Positions 37,489-50,034 of a stretch of 64,000 bases of DNA are shown piece by piece. Both the position numbers and the translations under genes were made by a program. Numbering within the stretch: position 1 is the first letter of the stretch; every line of letters starts with the position of its first letter. The DNA is from Zygnema circumcarinatum SAG 698-1b (taxonomy: Eukaryota; Plantae; Zygnematophyceae): the NCBI GenBank assembly GCA_037447605.1, contig CM074808.1, forward strand, positions 3,348,001-3,412,000, in the 5' to 3' direction. The notes under the pieces are model-generated. The model worked only from the letters and a program-made list of their open reading frames with translations, made no database searches and had not been told where the DNA came from.

Positions 37489-38895
37489 TAGGGATGGCCC
37501 GAGTTATAAATTCCGAATACATTATATACTTTACAACGGGTTTAAAAGTAGTAATATATTACAAACTAAAACATTTTATTACATATATTATACCCACTCG
37601 TTTTGAACAATTAACGACCGTACGAGCGTACTCGTACGGTCGTACGGTCGCACCATACCAAAATTAGGTCGTTTTGTCGTTGGCGTTGCGAAAAATGCGT
37701 CCGTTGTAGCACAAGATAAGTGGGGTTAAAAGGAGATTGCTGAGCTAGTTGCAGGTGCTGTACGGCCACTCGAGCGTCCGTGCTGAAACTGATGAAGGGT
37801 TGGGTTGGTGCCGTGGGTCTGCCTGCAGCATAGAGCCAGGATCCGGGGGATTCAGAGGTACGCGCAGCGGAAGACGTAGGGATCCTGAAGATGTTCCCAC
37901 CGGCGGCTGGACCCGATGCGCAAAGAGCCCTTCCTTGGGGGCTCTCCTCCCCTGTCCTCTCCTCGGCTAGTCTCTTAGCTAGGCTTCTAGTTATCATTGG
38001 TCATTGGGAGGAATGTAAGGCAGGATAGAACAAGATGGTAGCTTGGCATAGTGACAGCAAAGGGAAAACAGGACTCAACTTAGATAAAGGTTGTATTTTG
38101 GAAAGTCACCCCAGCCAGCGGTTGGCTGGGGATTGTCATTACAATGAAAGTATCTTCTCACTGAAATCTTTGTCTGGCTGGGCTGAATGGGACGTCTAAA
38201 TGCTATCAGCAAGAAGACTCTTTCTCTCTCTCTCTCTCTATCTATGGCATGGAACTCTCTCTCTCTCACACTTAGCATCTGTTGCTGGAACTGAAGAGGA
38301 GGAAGAGAAGAACAAGACAACAAACCACACAGCAAATACAAATACTAAGCCCAGCACTAAAAGACAAACAAGCATCACTGACATCCCATCTACTTAACAC
38401 TGACAATAGATCTTGAGCCTTCGCAGTGACAGTCCCTGATTGGCCAACTGCCCACTGAGTGGCCTGACTGACTGCGTGGAGCCTTCGGATAGGTCAACTG
38501 ATGACAATCGGCGGCATTTTGCGGCTCGTCCGAGTGCGCCTAGCTGGATGGTGTGCTGTTCCGTGGGCCGCCAACACATGGCGCCGCCTTCTCGCATTTT
38601 CCGTCGGCAACTCCTGGATTATGCCGGTCCGTGACACTGAATGTGAATATGTCAAGTACCACTGAACGGACGCGAATCCGTCGAGCGCAGCTCCGTTACG
38701 CTACACCGTCTGGTTCACTCTGTCTGCTCGTGCTCGACCGTACACCCGTACCGCATAGTACCGTACAATCGTACAACCATACGACCGTCCGACCGTACAT
38801 GTTGTAAAGGCGTTGTAAAGTAATGTATATCAGCCGTTATCTAATCGTCACAGTTGTATAATATAATATATATTATATAGTCGTAATTAATCCAT
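37489..38895. mobile_element. Composite transposon remnant absent from copy A: hAT-like left end, GTAC-rich subterminal blocks and a nested LTR fragment
   Basis: Starts TAGGGATGGC (resembles hAT TIRs such as TAGGGATG). CGTAC clusters at 37616-37650 and 38739-38798. No matching right TIR found. In copy A it is replaced by 60 unrelated bp (10280-10339). Confidence 0.55.
37706..38636 (-). mobile_element. Truncated LTR retrotransposon (one 503-bp LTR at 38134-38636 plus start of a gag-like ORF)
   Basis: Segment bounded by TGTCA...TGACA. The minus-strand ORF from 37997 begins MITRSLAKR, an MxTRS start typical of Ty3/gypsy gag. No pol and no second LTR. Confidence 0.55.
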
Positions 38896-40472
38896 TCGCG
38901 CAAGGGCTATGCATAGGTCGGTGGGGTGGGGTCGCCTCGGTCCCACATTTTGTCGCTGTCGGGATGTGGCCCCTCTCGCCGCGCGATGCCAATAATGGAT
39001 GCCAAATCATCTTCGTCTCGTCTCGCGTCGTCTCGCAGTCGTAAAAAGAGAAATGAAAAATAGGAAATGTGGCGGAGCATGGTCTGAAGGTACCGCTTGG
39101 GGGCGGGAATAGGCCGGCGGGGCCAGCTGCCGCTTCCGGCCGAGGGCGTCTGCGGCAGCGGCCGGCTCGCGGCGAGACGGCACCGCGGGGCATGAAGAAA
39201 CGAGGCAATTGCGAAAATGGCCTTGTTGGACCAAGACAAGACTTGAAAATCGACGGCTCTCCTTGTTGATCAATCTCCGAAGTGTTTACTACTAAAGCCC
39301 TCCAACCAAAGGCAGTCACCAAAACCGGCTAGAATTCCTAGCCATGGGCAATGTGCAGCCATGCGTGACCCGTATCTGATACGGAATCATGGATCTGATT
39401 CGTACCAGTCCAAGGAAGTTCGTCACTAGAAGACAAAAAGTAATTCGATTGTTGGTACGACGCCGTACTTCCATGATTACCCCAAATCTATCCCTCAGTT
39501 TCATTGGAACTTCACATTCCGTAAAACAGGATACTGCATGTTCCCTGTCGGCCCATTCCCCGCCTCCCGTTGGCGGCCGTACGGACGCCGTTCCGCCGGT
39601 TTGTGCCGCCGGTTGGGCCCCTTCCAGGCTTGTGCCGGGCGGCGGAGCCTCCCAGACTGACACCTGTCAGCCGTCGAGGCGACGTCCGCTCGTCGTGGGA
39701 CACGTGGCGGCCGCTGCTGCCCCCGGCCGGCCGGGAAGGCCTGCCAGCTGGCGCGGCGGGATCGGCAGCGGCCGGAAAGACCGGCTGCAACTAGCGCGCT
39801 CTTTATGGGGCGAGGCGATGGCCAACCACGTTCTGCCACGTGTTCATGTGTCGGACGTGTCTAGTTGTGATTGGTCCAGCTAGACCATACGGTCAGTGGC
39901 GGCCCGCCCTACACGGCCGCCTCGATCTCGTCCGGTCTGTTGAATACGAAGTCGGGACGTCGCGGGACTGCGGAGCCAAAATTCGTTTCCGGTCAGGGCC
40001 GAGGGGCTGACCGGACGGGGAAAACTGCGTACTATATATAGGCATTGATTTTTTGGTGGATTTCCATGATCTCGGGCAGGCAGGGGACCAAAAAAGTAGT
40101 TAATTGTGTGCCAGTTTGCAGGATCAAACCAGCTGGCTGATTCCTGCAGGCAGGGCACGAAGGGCAAGGCCAGCTCAAGCGCTGGCTGGCTCCTGAACAT
40201 GGCTGCTTTGCTTCCAAAGGCTGGATCTGCTGCTGCTCCTGCAGCCAGACTTCGTGCATGTTACTGTTAGCGCTCATAGCATGGCTTTGAAGTTTGAGAG
40301 ATTGAAGTCCGAAGTTTGAAGATTGAAGTTCGAAGGTACCTTTTTCATTTTGCAAGTGAAGTTGGGATAGTTAATTGCAGGCCGTTTCAACGCGAAGGAG
40401 ATTCCGAAAGGAGCATAGGAGTGTGGCGCTGTTGGAGATCACTTGCATGTAGTGTTGCTTGTAGCTGTAGGA

Positions 40473-42554
40473 ATGGGAGCGTTAAGAGAATGGATGTCGT
40501 ACAAGAAGGTGGCGAGACTTGGAACACTGGCAGCTGAGATGAAGGCTGTGGAGGAGGCAAAGGATAGGGCGGTCGGAGATGAGGTCTTGAATGTGCTTTA
40601 TGGGCAACTGCAAGCGGCAGGGTCGGTTGTGTATGTCAGGTATAGTGTGCAGACGAGTGTTTGTGATCATCGTATTGTCTGGATGGAAGATTGAGGCAAA
40701 AAACTCTTCTTATTGACTAAGCTGAGATAGAACTTTTGAATGGCCTATTAGTGGTGAAATATTTCGTCGTTTGGGAAAAGAGAAATATCTTTGTTTCCGG
40801 TTTCTGAGCGCCAGTTGTGTTTATGCAAATCGCTGCGGGTTAAAATTCAGCCACGTTTTTTTTCTCAGTGTTTTGAAACTGTGCTACTCTTGCGTGATTG
40901 GTTGTGTTGAACACTTGAACCACCATTTCCTCGCCTTGACTGCATTACTCCATGTTCCTTCTTCGTTTGTTATGCAACAAACTAATTGGGTTATGTGCCA
41001 CGTCCACTTTGGCTTGCCTTGTTAACTTTAATCGACCTTCGCCCTTCTCTGAATTTTCATGTTCACATTGTACTCCTTGCAGGCGATGCAGAAAAGGTTT
41101 AGTTTCAAATTCAGAGGATTCATTTGCCGTTTTCCTTTCCTCAAAAGTAGAACCGATGGAAACGCCCTCCTCGAAAGCGCTGCCCTTCTTGGAAGTATTG
41201 TACGAGCGGGGGTCTCAACGCCGCATCATGCACCTCTGCAAGCCTCATTCTGGACAGATTGTGATGTCTCTGGTGCCAGAGATATGCTCTGAAGAACCGC
41301 TGCCCGATGCCTTCCGGGTTTATTCAGAAGGGCATCTTATAGCACGTATTCACGGAGCAGTTTCTGTGGAAGAGGAGGCGGTTTCTGCATTTCCGACCTT
41401 CACTTTGTTTGCAGCAAAATATGGACCGTCACACATAAATTTGCCGCATGCTCAGGATGCAGATCGAGAAAGCTGTCACAGTGCCGAGTTAGGAAGGAGA
41501 ACATGGAGTGACTGGAGAACAGTTGGATTAGAATGTAAGCGGCTTGGGTTGAAGCGGAAGGAGTTACTTTGGGAAGTGGAGACTGACGGACAAGAGATGC
41601 TGGTTGACTATCAGGAGCAAGGGAGCTGCGATTCTAGTCAGTGGGGCCGGGAGGAAAGTAAATGTCCAAGAAAGGTGGAGTTAGAGGAGGGGTCGGAGGA
41701 TTTTCACTATGCCAAATATTCAATACACGGGTCCGATACCTTCTCTAGTAATTCAAGCTCAGGGAGCGCACAATTTTGGCACAAGGAGTCTGATGAAGGC
41801 GGACAGTCAGACGAATTGGAAAGGAGCGTATGGCGAGGATTTTTAAGCAGCCCAGAGACTCCGAAGAGGGAGGATTCGAAGGAGAGTGGAGAGAAAGAAA
41901 ATCTGGAGATGAGGCAGTGGCAGAGGACAAAGAGTTGGGCCAACAGAAAGAGATGGAGAGAGAGAGTGGCTCTATCTGCAGAACTCCAGCCTTCGGGGTG
42001 AGTTACCGTCAGAAGTCGGAGGTTAGCCGTTGGCTGGGCTTCCTTCACGCATTTTTCACCTGCACGCTCCATCTGAGAGTTTTACGAGTGTAAACCAACC
42101 TAGGCAGATTTGAACTATAACTTCCTTGAGTACGTTGTCTGAACATCGCGCAGTAGATGTGCTGTCGCTTAACAACTTTCGCATTCGAGCAATTTGTGCT
42201 GAAAGGCGGGATAGCTGTGTGGATTGGAGTTCCTACGTGCTTCATGGAATGCGTAAAAATATGGATGCGTGAGGCATAGGTTGATCTTGAAAGCATAGCT
42301 GACATTGTCCATGAGTTTTGTATGTGTTTTGAATGGGCAGGAAAGGTTGCAAAGGGCCTTCGATTGTGTTCAACTCAGTCGCTACCACTGGGGAGGCCGA
42401 GGGATGGGTGGCGCGACTCTCCCAACCTCAAATGTCGAAACGAGGGGCGAACTTCTTGAGTCTCCATCTCAACGAGGCCTGCGAGGCTGATCCATTATGT
42501 CTCCTGCTGCTCGCACTGCACTTAAGGGCAGGAGGGAGGAGTAAGGTTCGATGA
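40473..42554 (+). CDS. Uncharacterised protein (3 exons), possibly with a LURP-one/tubby C-terminal-like end
   Basis: Exons 40473-40639, 41082-41998, 42341-42554 join in phase 2 with GT-AG sites. The C-term LHLNEACEADPLCLLLLALHL is only weakly suggestive of a family. Confidence 0.5.
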
Positions 42555-43047
42555 TAACCGCCTGCCCAATCAATGCCACATCTCTGTTACGCCTGCCCCT
42601 TCATATTCATTTTCAATAAGGCCTTATATTCGTCCTGTGCAAGCGCGGTCGCCGCTGTCTATGGCAGACGTGATTGTATTTTTTGTTATAATGGTCCATC
42701 AAAATAATCATGCTATTCTTTGCACATAGATAACGCTAAATGTCTTCAAGAAGAAAAAGTGGCAATTTTGAGTGTTTAGTCGGTTGGCCGGCGTCTGCTT
42801 TATATGCCCAAATTTGTACTGACGGGCTGGGGAGTCAGGGTCAGATATAGGGTCACGCCTAGACTAGCTCAGTTCAATAAGGCCTCTGTGTAAATAAGCA
42901 ATCTAAGATGGTCGAGAGATAGAACGCCGGATTCATGAAAGTTGATTCATCCTTGGTGAGGGTACAACAGTTGCGACTGTAGCTTTATGTAAACAAGTTT
43001 GAACTCATTTGTTAATATGTTCGGCAATGGAAGCTTGCACAGATCGG

Positions 43048-43990
43048 ACCATTAGACAAACCAGTCGACTGGTTGGCAACCAGTGGTTGCGGACCGAAAC
43101 AACCATTCGACTGGTTGGCAACCAGTGGTTGCGGACCGAAACAACCATTCGACTGGTTGGCAACCAGTGGTTGCGGACCGAAACAACCATTCGACTGGTT
43201 GCCAACCAGTGGCTCAAGATGGAAACAACCATTCGACTGGTTTTGAACCCGTTGATGCCACTTGTTGGCAACCAATCGGCTGGTTTGGAACCAATGGATG
43301 CCACTGGTTGGCAACCATTCGACTGGTTTGGAACCAGTGGATGCCACTGGTTGGAAACCAGTCGACTGGTTGCGAACCAGTGGCGCAGGACTGAAACAAC
43401 CATTCGACTGGTTCGGAACCAGTGATCCAATGGTTGGCAACCATTGAATTTCTGAAATTATGCCTTTTTGCAAAAATGGGTCGTATGTGTTTTTTGGTGG
43501 GTTGCCAACCGTTGACAACTAGTGTAACAAGCCTGATGCGTACAGATGTGTACGGATTCGTACAGCCGAGTCGTACGGTTGTACGGGAATTCTGTACGGC
43601 CGAACCGTAATAGTTTTCTCCGAAACGCCGACGGCATTTTGGTAACTGTAGCGTTCAGTTCGCTACAACTAGTGATTTAATGGTTGCCAACCATTTGATT
43701 TAATGGATATAACCATTCGACTGGTTGCCAACCAGTGCCGCCAGATCGAAACAACCATTCGACTGGTTGCCAACCAGTGGCATCCACTGGTTCCAAACCA
43801 GTCGACTGGTTGCCAACCAGTGGATCCACTGGTAGGCAACCATTCGACTGGTTGCCAACCAGTGCCGCCAGATCGAAACAACCATTCGACTGGTTTGGAA
43901 CCAGTGGATGCCACTGGTTGGCAACCAGTCGACTGGTTGCCAACCAGTAGACGTCCAACCATTGCCATCCAATGGTTGTCCAATGGTTGC
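43048..43990. repeat. Palindrome-built minisatellite in two direct blocks (43048-43445 and 43680-43990) around a GTAC-rich core
   Basis: 42-bp units made of 14-bp modules (AACCATTCGACTGG / TTGGCAACCAGTGG / TTGCGGACCGAAAC). Contains the palindrome AACCAGTCGACTGGTT and the hairpin CCAGTGG-ATG-CCACTGG. Confidence 0.92.
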
Positions 43991-44992
43991 CGATCCACTG
44001 GTCCGAACTGTGGAAGCTTGTCCCCTCTTGTATATTTGAAACACTTATCACCGCTTGTCTTGTGTGTGTTTGCTCTGGATAATCTCCAAGTGAATGGTGT
44101 GTACAGACCAAATCAAAGTACTCAAATGAAATCAGGAAATCCATATAGAAAATGACACGGTGGGTCAAAAGGTGATTCTTGCTAATACCGCACTGAAAAT
44201 CCAGAACGATTTCCGTTTTTACAAACTCGCTGCGCTGAAAAATTTGCACTACAAAATGACAAAAAGCGATGACGCTCACACCAATCTACGGATCCTTTTA
44301 TTCTCTCACACCAAACATGGCCCAATGTGCAGCCGCACCTGTCCTGTCCGCAGAAGGACGGCAGCACCGCCACAGCGACCTGGGCGCTTATGACTGAATG
44401 GCAGTACAGCCACCTATGCAAATCACTGTTCTGAAACCCTAAAATCTTCAATCGCCCTATTTCCCCTCACCACTCCACTAACCATGAAAACCCGGAAAGA
44501 CCCCACTCTCACAAGCAGCCCATTCAACCCTAAATACAAATAAATGAAAGGGGGCAACCTGGCCTCTCTCTACACTACCTGCCGCCTCAGCGAGCTCCCA
44601 TTCGGATGCCGCAACTCAGGGGAGCTGAAATCCCATCCAGTCCAATCTTGAACTTCGGAATTCGTCGGATCTAAGTTACAATCGAAATGCGTGGCGTTGG
44701 CTATGGGCCACACGGCCTTATGTGGGGCGACATATCTGTACAGTCAGAGAAAGGACGCCGCTGTGGAGCAAACGCCGAGCCAGCAGGAGCCTTGCTCCTT
44801 CGTTTGAGAAACAGCCTGCACCTCCTGCTGGCGGCTGCTGCCCTTCAAAATGGGGAACATTTCCATGTGACGATCTTTGTAACAGGGAAATTATCCGTTG
44901 GATGCTATTCCAACAGGCACTTGGATAGTAGAGAGCTTCTGAGCACACCTTGGCTGTAAAATGAAATGGGTAGCTATGGCTCAAGGTCACCA

Positions 44993-47130
44993 TCAATGAA
45001 GCATTGCCGAAGAGTACCGCCTCAACGAGGATTTCTTTTCTGGGGTGGTTACTCTTCCGTGTTGCCACACTCTCCTCCAAGAATCTTGCAATGCTGCCCC
45101 GTTCATCTTGTAGTCCCCATCTAGCAATGTAAAAGCCTTCTGGGACGAGCCCTCAGCAACATCTTCTACGAGGGTTTCCATCAAGAGCCGCCCCTCAGCA
45201 GCGGACATAGCAACAGCCACTGCAAGGCTGCTTCCTCCCCGAATCCCTGACTTCTTTGAGATCGCCCCATCCACTGATCGAAGCGGAAATGTCCTGTGTC
45301 GCTCAAGGAGAAGACTGTTATGTAGGCCTCTTCGTCGTTTTGAAATTGAAGTTTCTGGCTTAGCGAGGTCCTGAATGGATTGTATGTTGGCAACATCGGC
45401 TAGTGAAGTAAAAGACCGAGATTTTCCACTGAAGTGTGAAGATAAGCCCCTCCTGCAATGTCACAGCATCGAAAGGCATCGTGAGACTCTTGACAGGTTT
45501 GACAGTGCTACAATGCGAACAAAGAAAAAAAAGAGCCCTCGAAAGAGCAGAACACCTTCCTCTGTCATGCAACTCAAAAGCCGGAAGTGCAATGGCATCG
45601 GCAAGCACAGAAGGACGTAGAGGGCTTCGTACGAAGGCTTCAGAAATAACCTAAAGATGCACCACACAACCAACGACATATCGTTTACTGTGACCCTCCA
45701 TGATCATGAGTAGACCTGACAAAAGACTGCAAGTTAGCCTGCCAAAGATTGCTTACTTTTGAAGTGAGGGAGAAGCCATCCTATGCAGACTGGATTCCAC
45801 CTCTATGTCCCCTCTCTCATGCTTTCCATCCACAGAAGCACCAGAGCTGTCGTCACGAGAATCCGAAAAAGAAAGAGATGAAGAACTTGCGTCTGCTGAA
45901 GGGAACTCCATGCCTGCAAGGACACGAGGAATAAATTGACTTTTAGAAAAGCAGGTCCGAAAAGGGAACGTCTCACCCATCCGCATCGGATCTTAGAAAC
46001 CGCGACAGCAGGTATGACTTTCCTTTGAAATATGATTCCAGTGTTGCATCCATCGCAGACTGTCCCAAACTTTCTGACGGATAACTATCGAATGGGAGAT
46101 TGTTGAAGCATCAATATAAACTAAACCCTACCACTACTTCTGAAGCAGCCAAAGGTTTGGGAATTCTATGCATGTAGTCCTCTTCGTGTCCTTAGTACCG
46201 TCCAATTTCAGGTTTGTTTTGCGAATTCTACCAATCTCTACTTTCCCGCAGAGCCAAAAAGAGAGCTCTTGCAGCAGCCCATCATTTCAGCTATCACAAT
46301 CCTCTACATTTGGCAAAGCTGCATCGCATATCTTTGTAAGAAGGCCGTAACAAACATTGTTCACACCGAATAGCCCCAAACGAAAAACCAACCTACATAT
46401 CCAATGCAAAAAACGACAATTCTGAAAACTCACCGCATGCTCTCTCCGGCTGCTTGGGAGTTCCCGGAGACTCGGCATCGCTTCCAGAAAGATTATGTCG
46501 GCCTCCCTCATCATCATTTCTTGAGGATGCGGAGGTGGAAAAGGAGTGAACTTGGTGATTCTCGATTCCTGACGCAGACCAGCCCTTTTCAAAGGTAGGA
46601 AAAAGAAAAGATCCCAGGCGGCATTCTGAAAAAGAAGACGAAGGACAGAAGGCCCTGGTTTCTGCCTGAGGGGCCGCCTCTGAAACCCTAGGAGAGGACT
46701 CGCAGCTCGGCGTAGAAGAAGGGAAGGAGAAATCAGAGCCAAAGGAGATCGCTGGAGAAGGAGTGGAGCCATTCTTGCGAGGCAGAAAGGCGGCATTGCC
46801 TTGCGGAAGCTTCATTTGAGCAGTTGCAGAGAATTGCGGCCTGTTCTCCGGAAGCGAACTTTGCTGACTTTCATAACTCTGCTGCTGCTGCTGCTGCTGC
46901 ATGTAGACGGAAAGGTTGGACAGCTTTCGGACAATGGCTTCCTGCTGCTGCTCTAAGCGGACATGTTCCTCCTGTTCCTGCTCCTGCTTCGCCATGAAGG
47001 GAGACACCCTCTCCTTCGCCAATGCAGCGTGCACCGGAATGGCAGCAAAATTGTACCCAACGCCGAAGCCTGCACTGAATCCCCGCCCCCCTCGCTGCTG
47101 CTGCTGCTGCTGCTGGTATGCAAGCGACAT
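44993..47130 (-). CDS. OXIDATIVE STRESS 3 (OXS3)/KIDARI-family protein with a Gln-rich N-terminus
   Basis: Exons 47130-46434, 45913-45757, 45452-44993 (phase-consistent). The family motif is assembled across a splice: EVES...LQK|RGLSSHFSGKSRSFTSLADV...DLAKPETSISKRRR. Confidence 0.78.
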
Positions 47131-50034
47131 CGTCCCCCTCTCTTTATCTCTCTTTCACTTTCCGTATCCCTTATCCCCTTTCCCCTTGCCTCTCTTTCCA
47201 ATAGTCCAAACCAATACCCTATCCGCCAGCGATGTATCCCTGAAGGTCCCTCACAGCAAGTGTCCCTCTAATCCAAACCTCCCTCCGCCTCTTTATACCA
47301 GCCCCCTCCCCGCACCGAGTCCTTGCGATCAAATCCCTCCCTCCCCCCGCACCCTAGGCCACCATGGCTCGCTCGCCGCAGCCCACATGCCCATACGAGT
47401 GGCGCTTGCTCCCTCCCATGGCCTCGGAAGCCCTCGGGCCCAGGACAACCATGGATGCCCTACCGCCCCTTCCCCTCCAACCGAGTCGCATGTCGTCGCA
47501 CAACGTCGCACCTCGGATCCGGGCGTCGTACGCCGTCGGATTGAGGGCACCAGCGTCGCACGCGGTTGCACGCGGTCGCAGGGCGCCGTGACGCGGCAGG
47601 CGAGGGCGGCCTCAGCCGCGCTATCCGCCCGCCTCCCCGCGCGGACGGCCCAGATGGGCGCTGAGTCACGCCCGGCTGACGCTATCCGTGCGACACAATG
47701 CGTTCAAATTGAGGGCTCGGATTGGCGGTCGACGCCGGAGGGATGTCGCAGGCACTTGCGTGCGATAAGGTACGACGGATTTTTTGCGTGTTTTTTGCGC
47801 GTAATTGCGGTTTGTTGGTTGGTTGGCAACTGCGGCGAAAGTTTTTTGCGCTGCCCGAAAACCCGCGCTGCCGCCGACTCCGACGCTTCCGGAAGGGGGG
47901 GCGGACGGACGGGAGATTTCGCATCGAGCGATATCAGCCGTAGGATTGGGGATGTGCCCAATCCTGACCGTTCCGTACAGTTTGCTCCTTTCCCGCTTGG
48001 CTGTCGTAGGCACAGGGAAGCTGCCCGAACACGCAAGTTCCTTATCCGGGCAGCCGGATTTTACGGTCCAGGGAGGCGGACCGCCGGTAAGATGCTGCCA
48101 CGTTGACAATCGTTTTCGAACGAAACGTTTTTTGGGCCCGGGCAGAGAAAATATCTGCTCGGGCTGACAGGGTGGCAGGGGCGGTCCACGTAAGCGTGAG
48201 GTGGTCCCGCGGCGCGTGAGGTCAAACTGGACCGCGCGTGCCGCCGCGTGGCGGGGGAGCTCCGGGGCGGTTGGCCGGCTACGACACGTGGCGAGTCCTC
48301 AGTGCGTGGCCGCCGATTGGGAGGGCCTAGCGCAGCCACCAGCTTCGCGCCACGTGGCGCCGCGGGGAGGGCGCTGGCTCCCGCTGCTGACTTGGAGCGG
48401 TGCAAAACTGGAAGGGAGCGTGGCCCGCAGCTGGAGCATATGTCGCCGTGCAGTTATGGGAAACTGTGACACGGAACGCTGTGACACGGAAACGGTGTGC
48501 TGTGGCTTTACCGTGTTGCTGGAAGGTAAGGAATGCAGATGCAGCCCCAGCAAGCAATCGGGGAACCACGAGGAGCCAAAGCCGCATCAAAAAAGCAAGC
48601 TTCCTCTGAGCCTCCCCTCCTCCAGCCTCCCGTCTGGGGACATGTGCGGGCCCGAGGGAGGGAGGGAGTTGTCAGCTTCTTGCGGTTAAGCTCAAGATGA
48701 GTGAGTGTTTTGGAGGAGCCGGCCGCGCCATGGCGGCCATTCGACTCCACGCCTCGGAGTGCTCCCCCACAATCGATTTGGCGGCGGTCCGCCCCTCGTG
48801 AGAATGAGGTCGTGCATCTGGCGAGGTCTTCGCGGCCCTTTTGTATTGTGTTGTTGGGTCGATCTGAAGCAAGCTCGTCGAAGAGGGCCAGTGCGGGAAG
48901 AGTAGAACATTTCTTGTTTTGGTGGGTCTTACGTGGTTAACGTTTTTTGCCGCTTAGCGGAGCTCTCTCCTGCAGGTTAGCTTGCCTCATCTGTAAAGTG
49001 TAGAGCTCGGGTCGACAGCACCCAAGTGAGTGTTGCTGGAGGAGCGCACAGACACGGTCCAACTCACCATTAATTACTTACAATGCAATTTGTCGAAGTA
49101 GTTTAAGGGTTTCAAGTTACCGTAGGACTTTTAAGGGGTTTTTTTTTTTTTTTTTCTGTCCTGATGATGATTGGTTGTCGTTACTGACATGAAACTTGTT
49201 ACTGGCTACTGTTGCCTTGCAATTGCTTCACACACAGTTTACAAAAGCTCGTCAGGGAATGAAAAGAGAGAGGTTGAGGAAAATGGAGAAACCTCCTCAT
49301 TCAGAATTGAGCAGCGCAACAAAGGCAAGAACCACGTAACATCACGATGAAATAGAGAATGTAAGTTGGCATTGGTCTCACAATGGCGACGCCATCAAAG
49401 TGAAAACGGTTTACAAAAGGTGCATGGCATGTCCTATCCCAAAGCGCTTTCGTGCATCAATTCCTTAATAAATAGAATCATGCATTTGTGGCAAAAGGCT
49501 TCAAAATAGAGCCCTCCATGCAGCTGCCATCCTATCCTGTACACGCGCACATCTTTTGAGACCCGCTTGAAGCGTTAGGCATGCTCTTGCATCGGCCTCT
49601 CGAGACCTGTATTCTCACCGTCTCCTCCCTTTGCCAAACTTTTTGGCATCCGGGTAAAGAGTTATGCTATTGGTTTCCCGCCCAAACTTTTTCGATTAAA
49701 TTTCTTCTATCCTCCCCTCTCTCCTCTTTCACCTGTGTGTTTCTATTGACACTCCATTTCTGATTCCCACACCCTCTTTCTCGCCTCCCTCCCTCCACCA
49801 GTCCCTCTGCCTGTCCCTCCCTCCCCTCTTTCCGCACTCAAAGTTATTTTTCCGCAGCTCTTTCTCCCTACATCTATTACGTCCCATGCCGCTCTAATTT
49901 TGTGTTGAATCTGCCACAACTTCTTCTCGCTTAGTTTTTCTCCGCCGATCTACTCTCCCTCCTCCGCTGTAGACATATTGAAATAGCTTCATATTACTTA
50001 CTGGAATCAGCACGTCGCCGGTGTTGAAGTGGTG

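Noticed and set aside
43048-43990. CRISPR-like array
   Set aside because: Repeats are contiguous shuffled modules with no unique spacers, there are no cas genes, and the context is eukaryotic.
43005-44279. Multiple overlapping repeat ORFs (IRLVGNQWLRTETT etc.)
   Set aside because: Open frames on both strands are a by-product of the stop-poor 42-bp repeat; there is no splice or homology support.
46916-48106. 396-aa plus-strand ORF
   Set aside because: It overlaps OXS3-like exon 1 in antisense and its GC-rich promoter, has low-complexity composition and shows no recognisable motifs.
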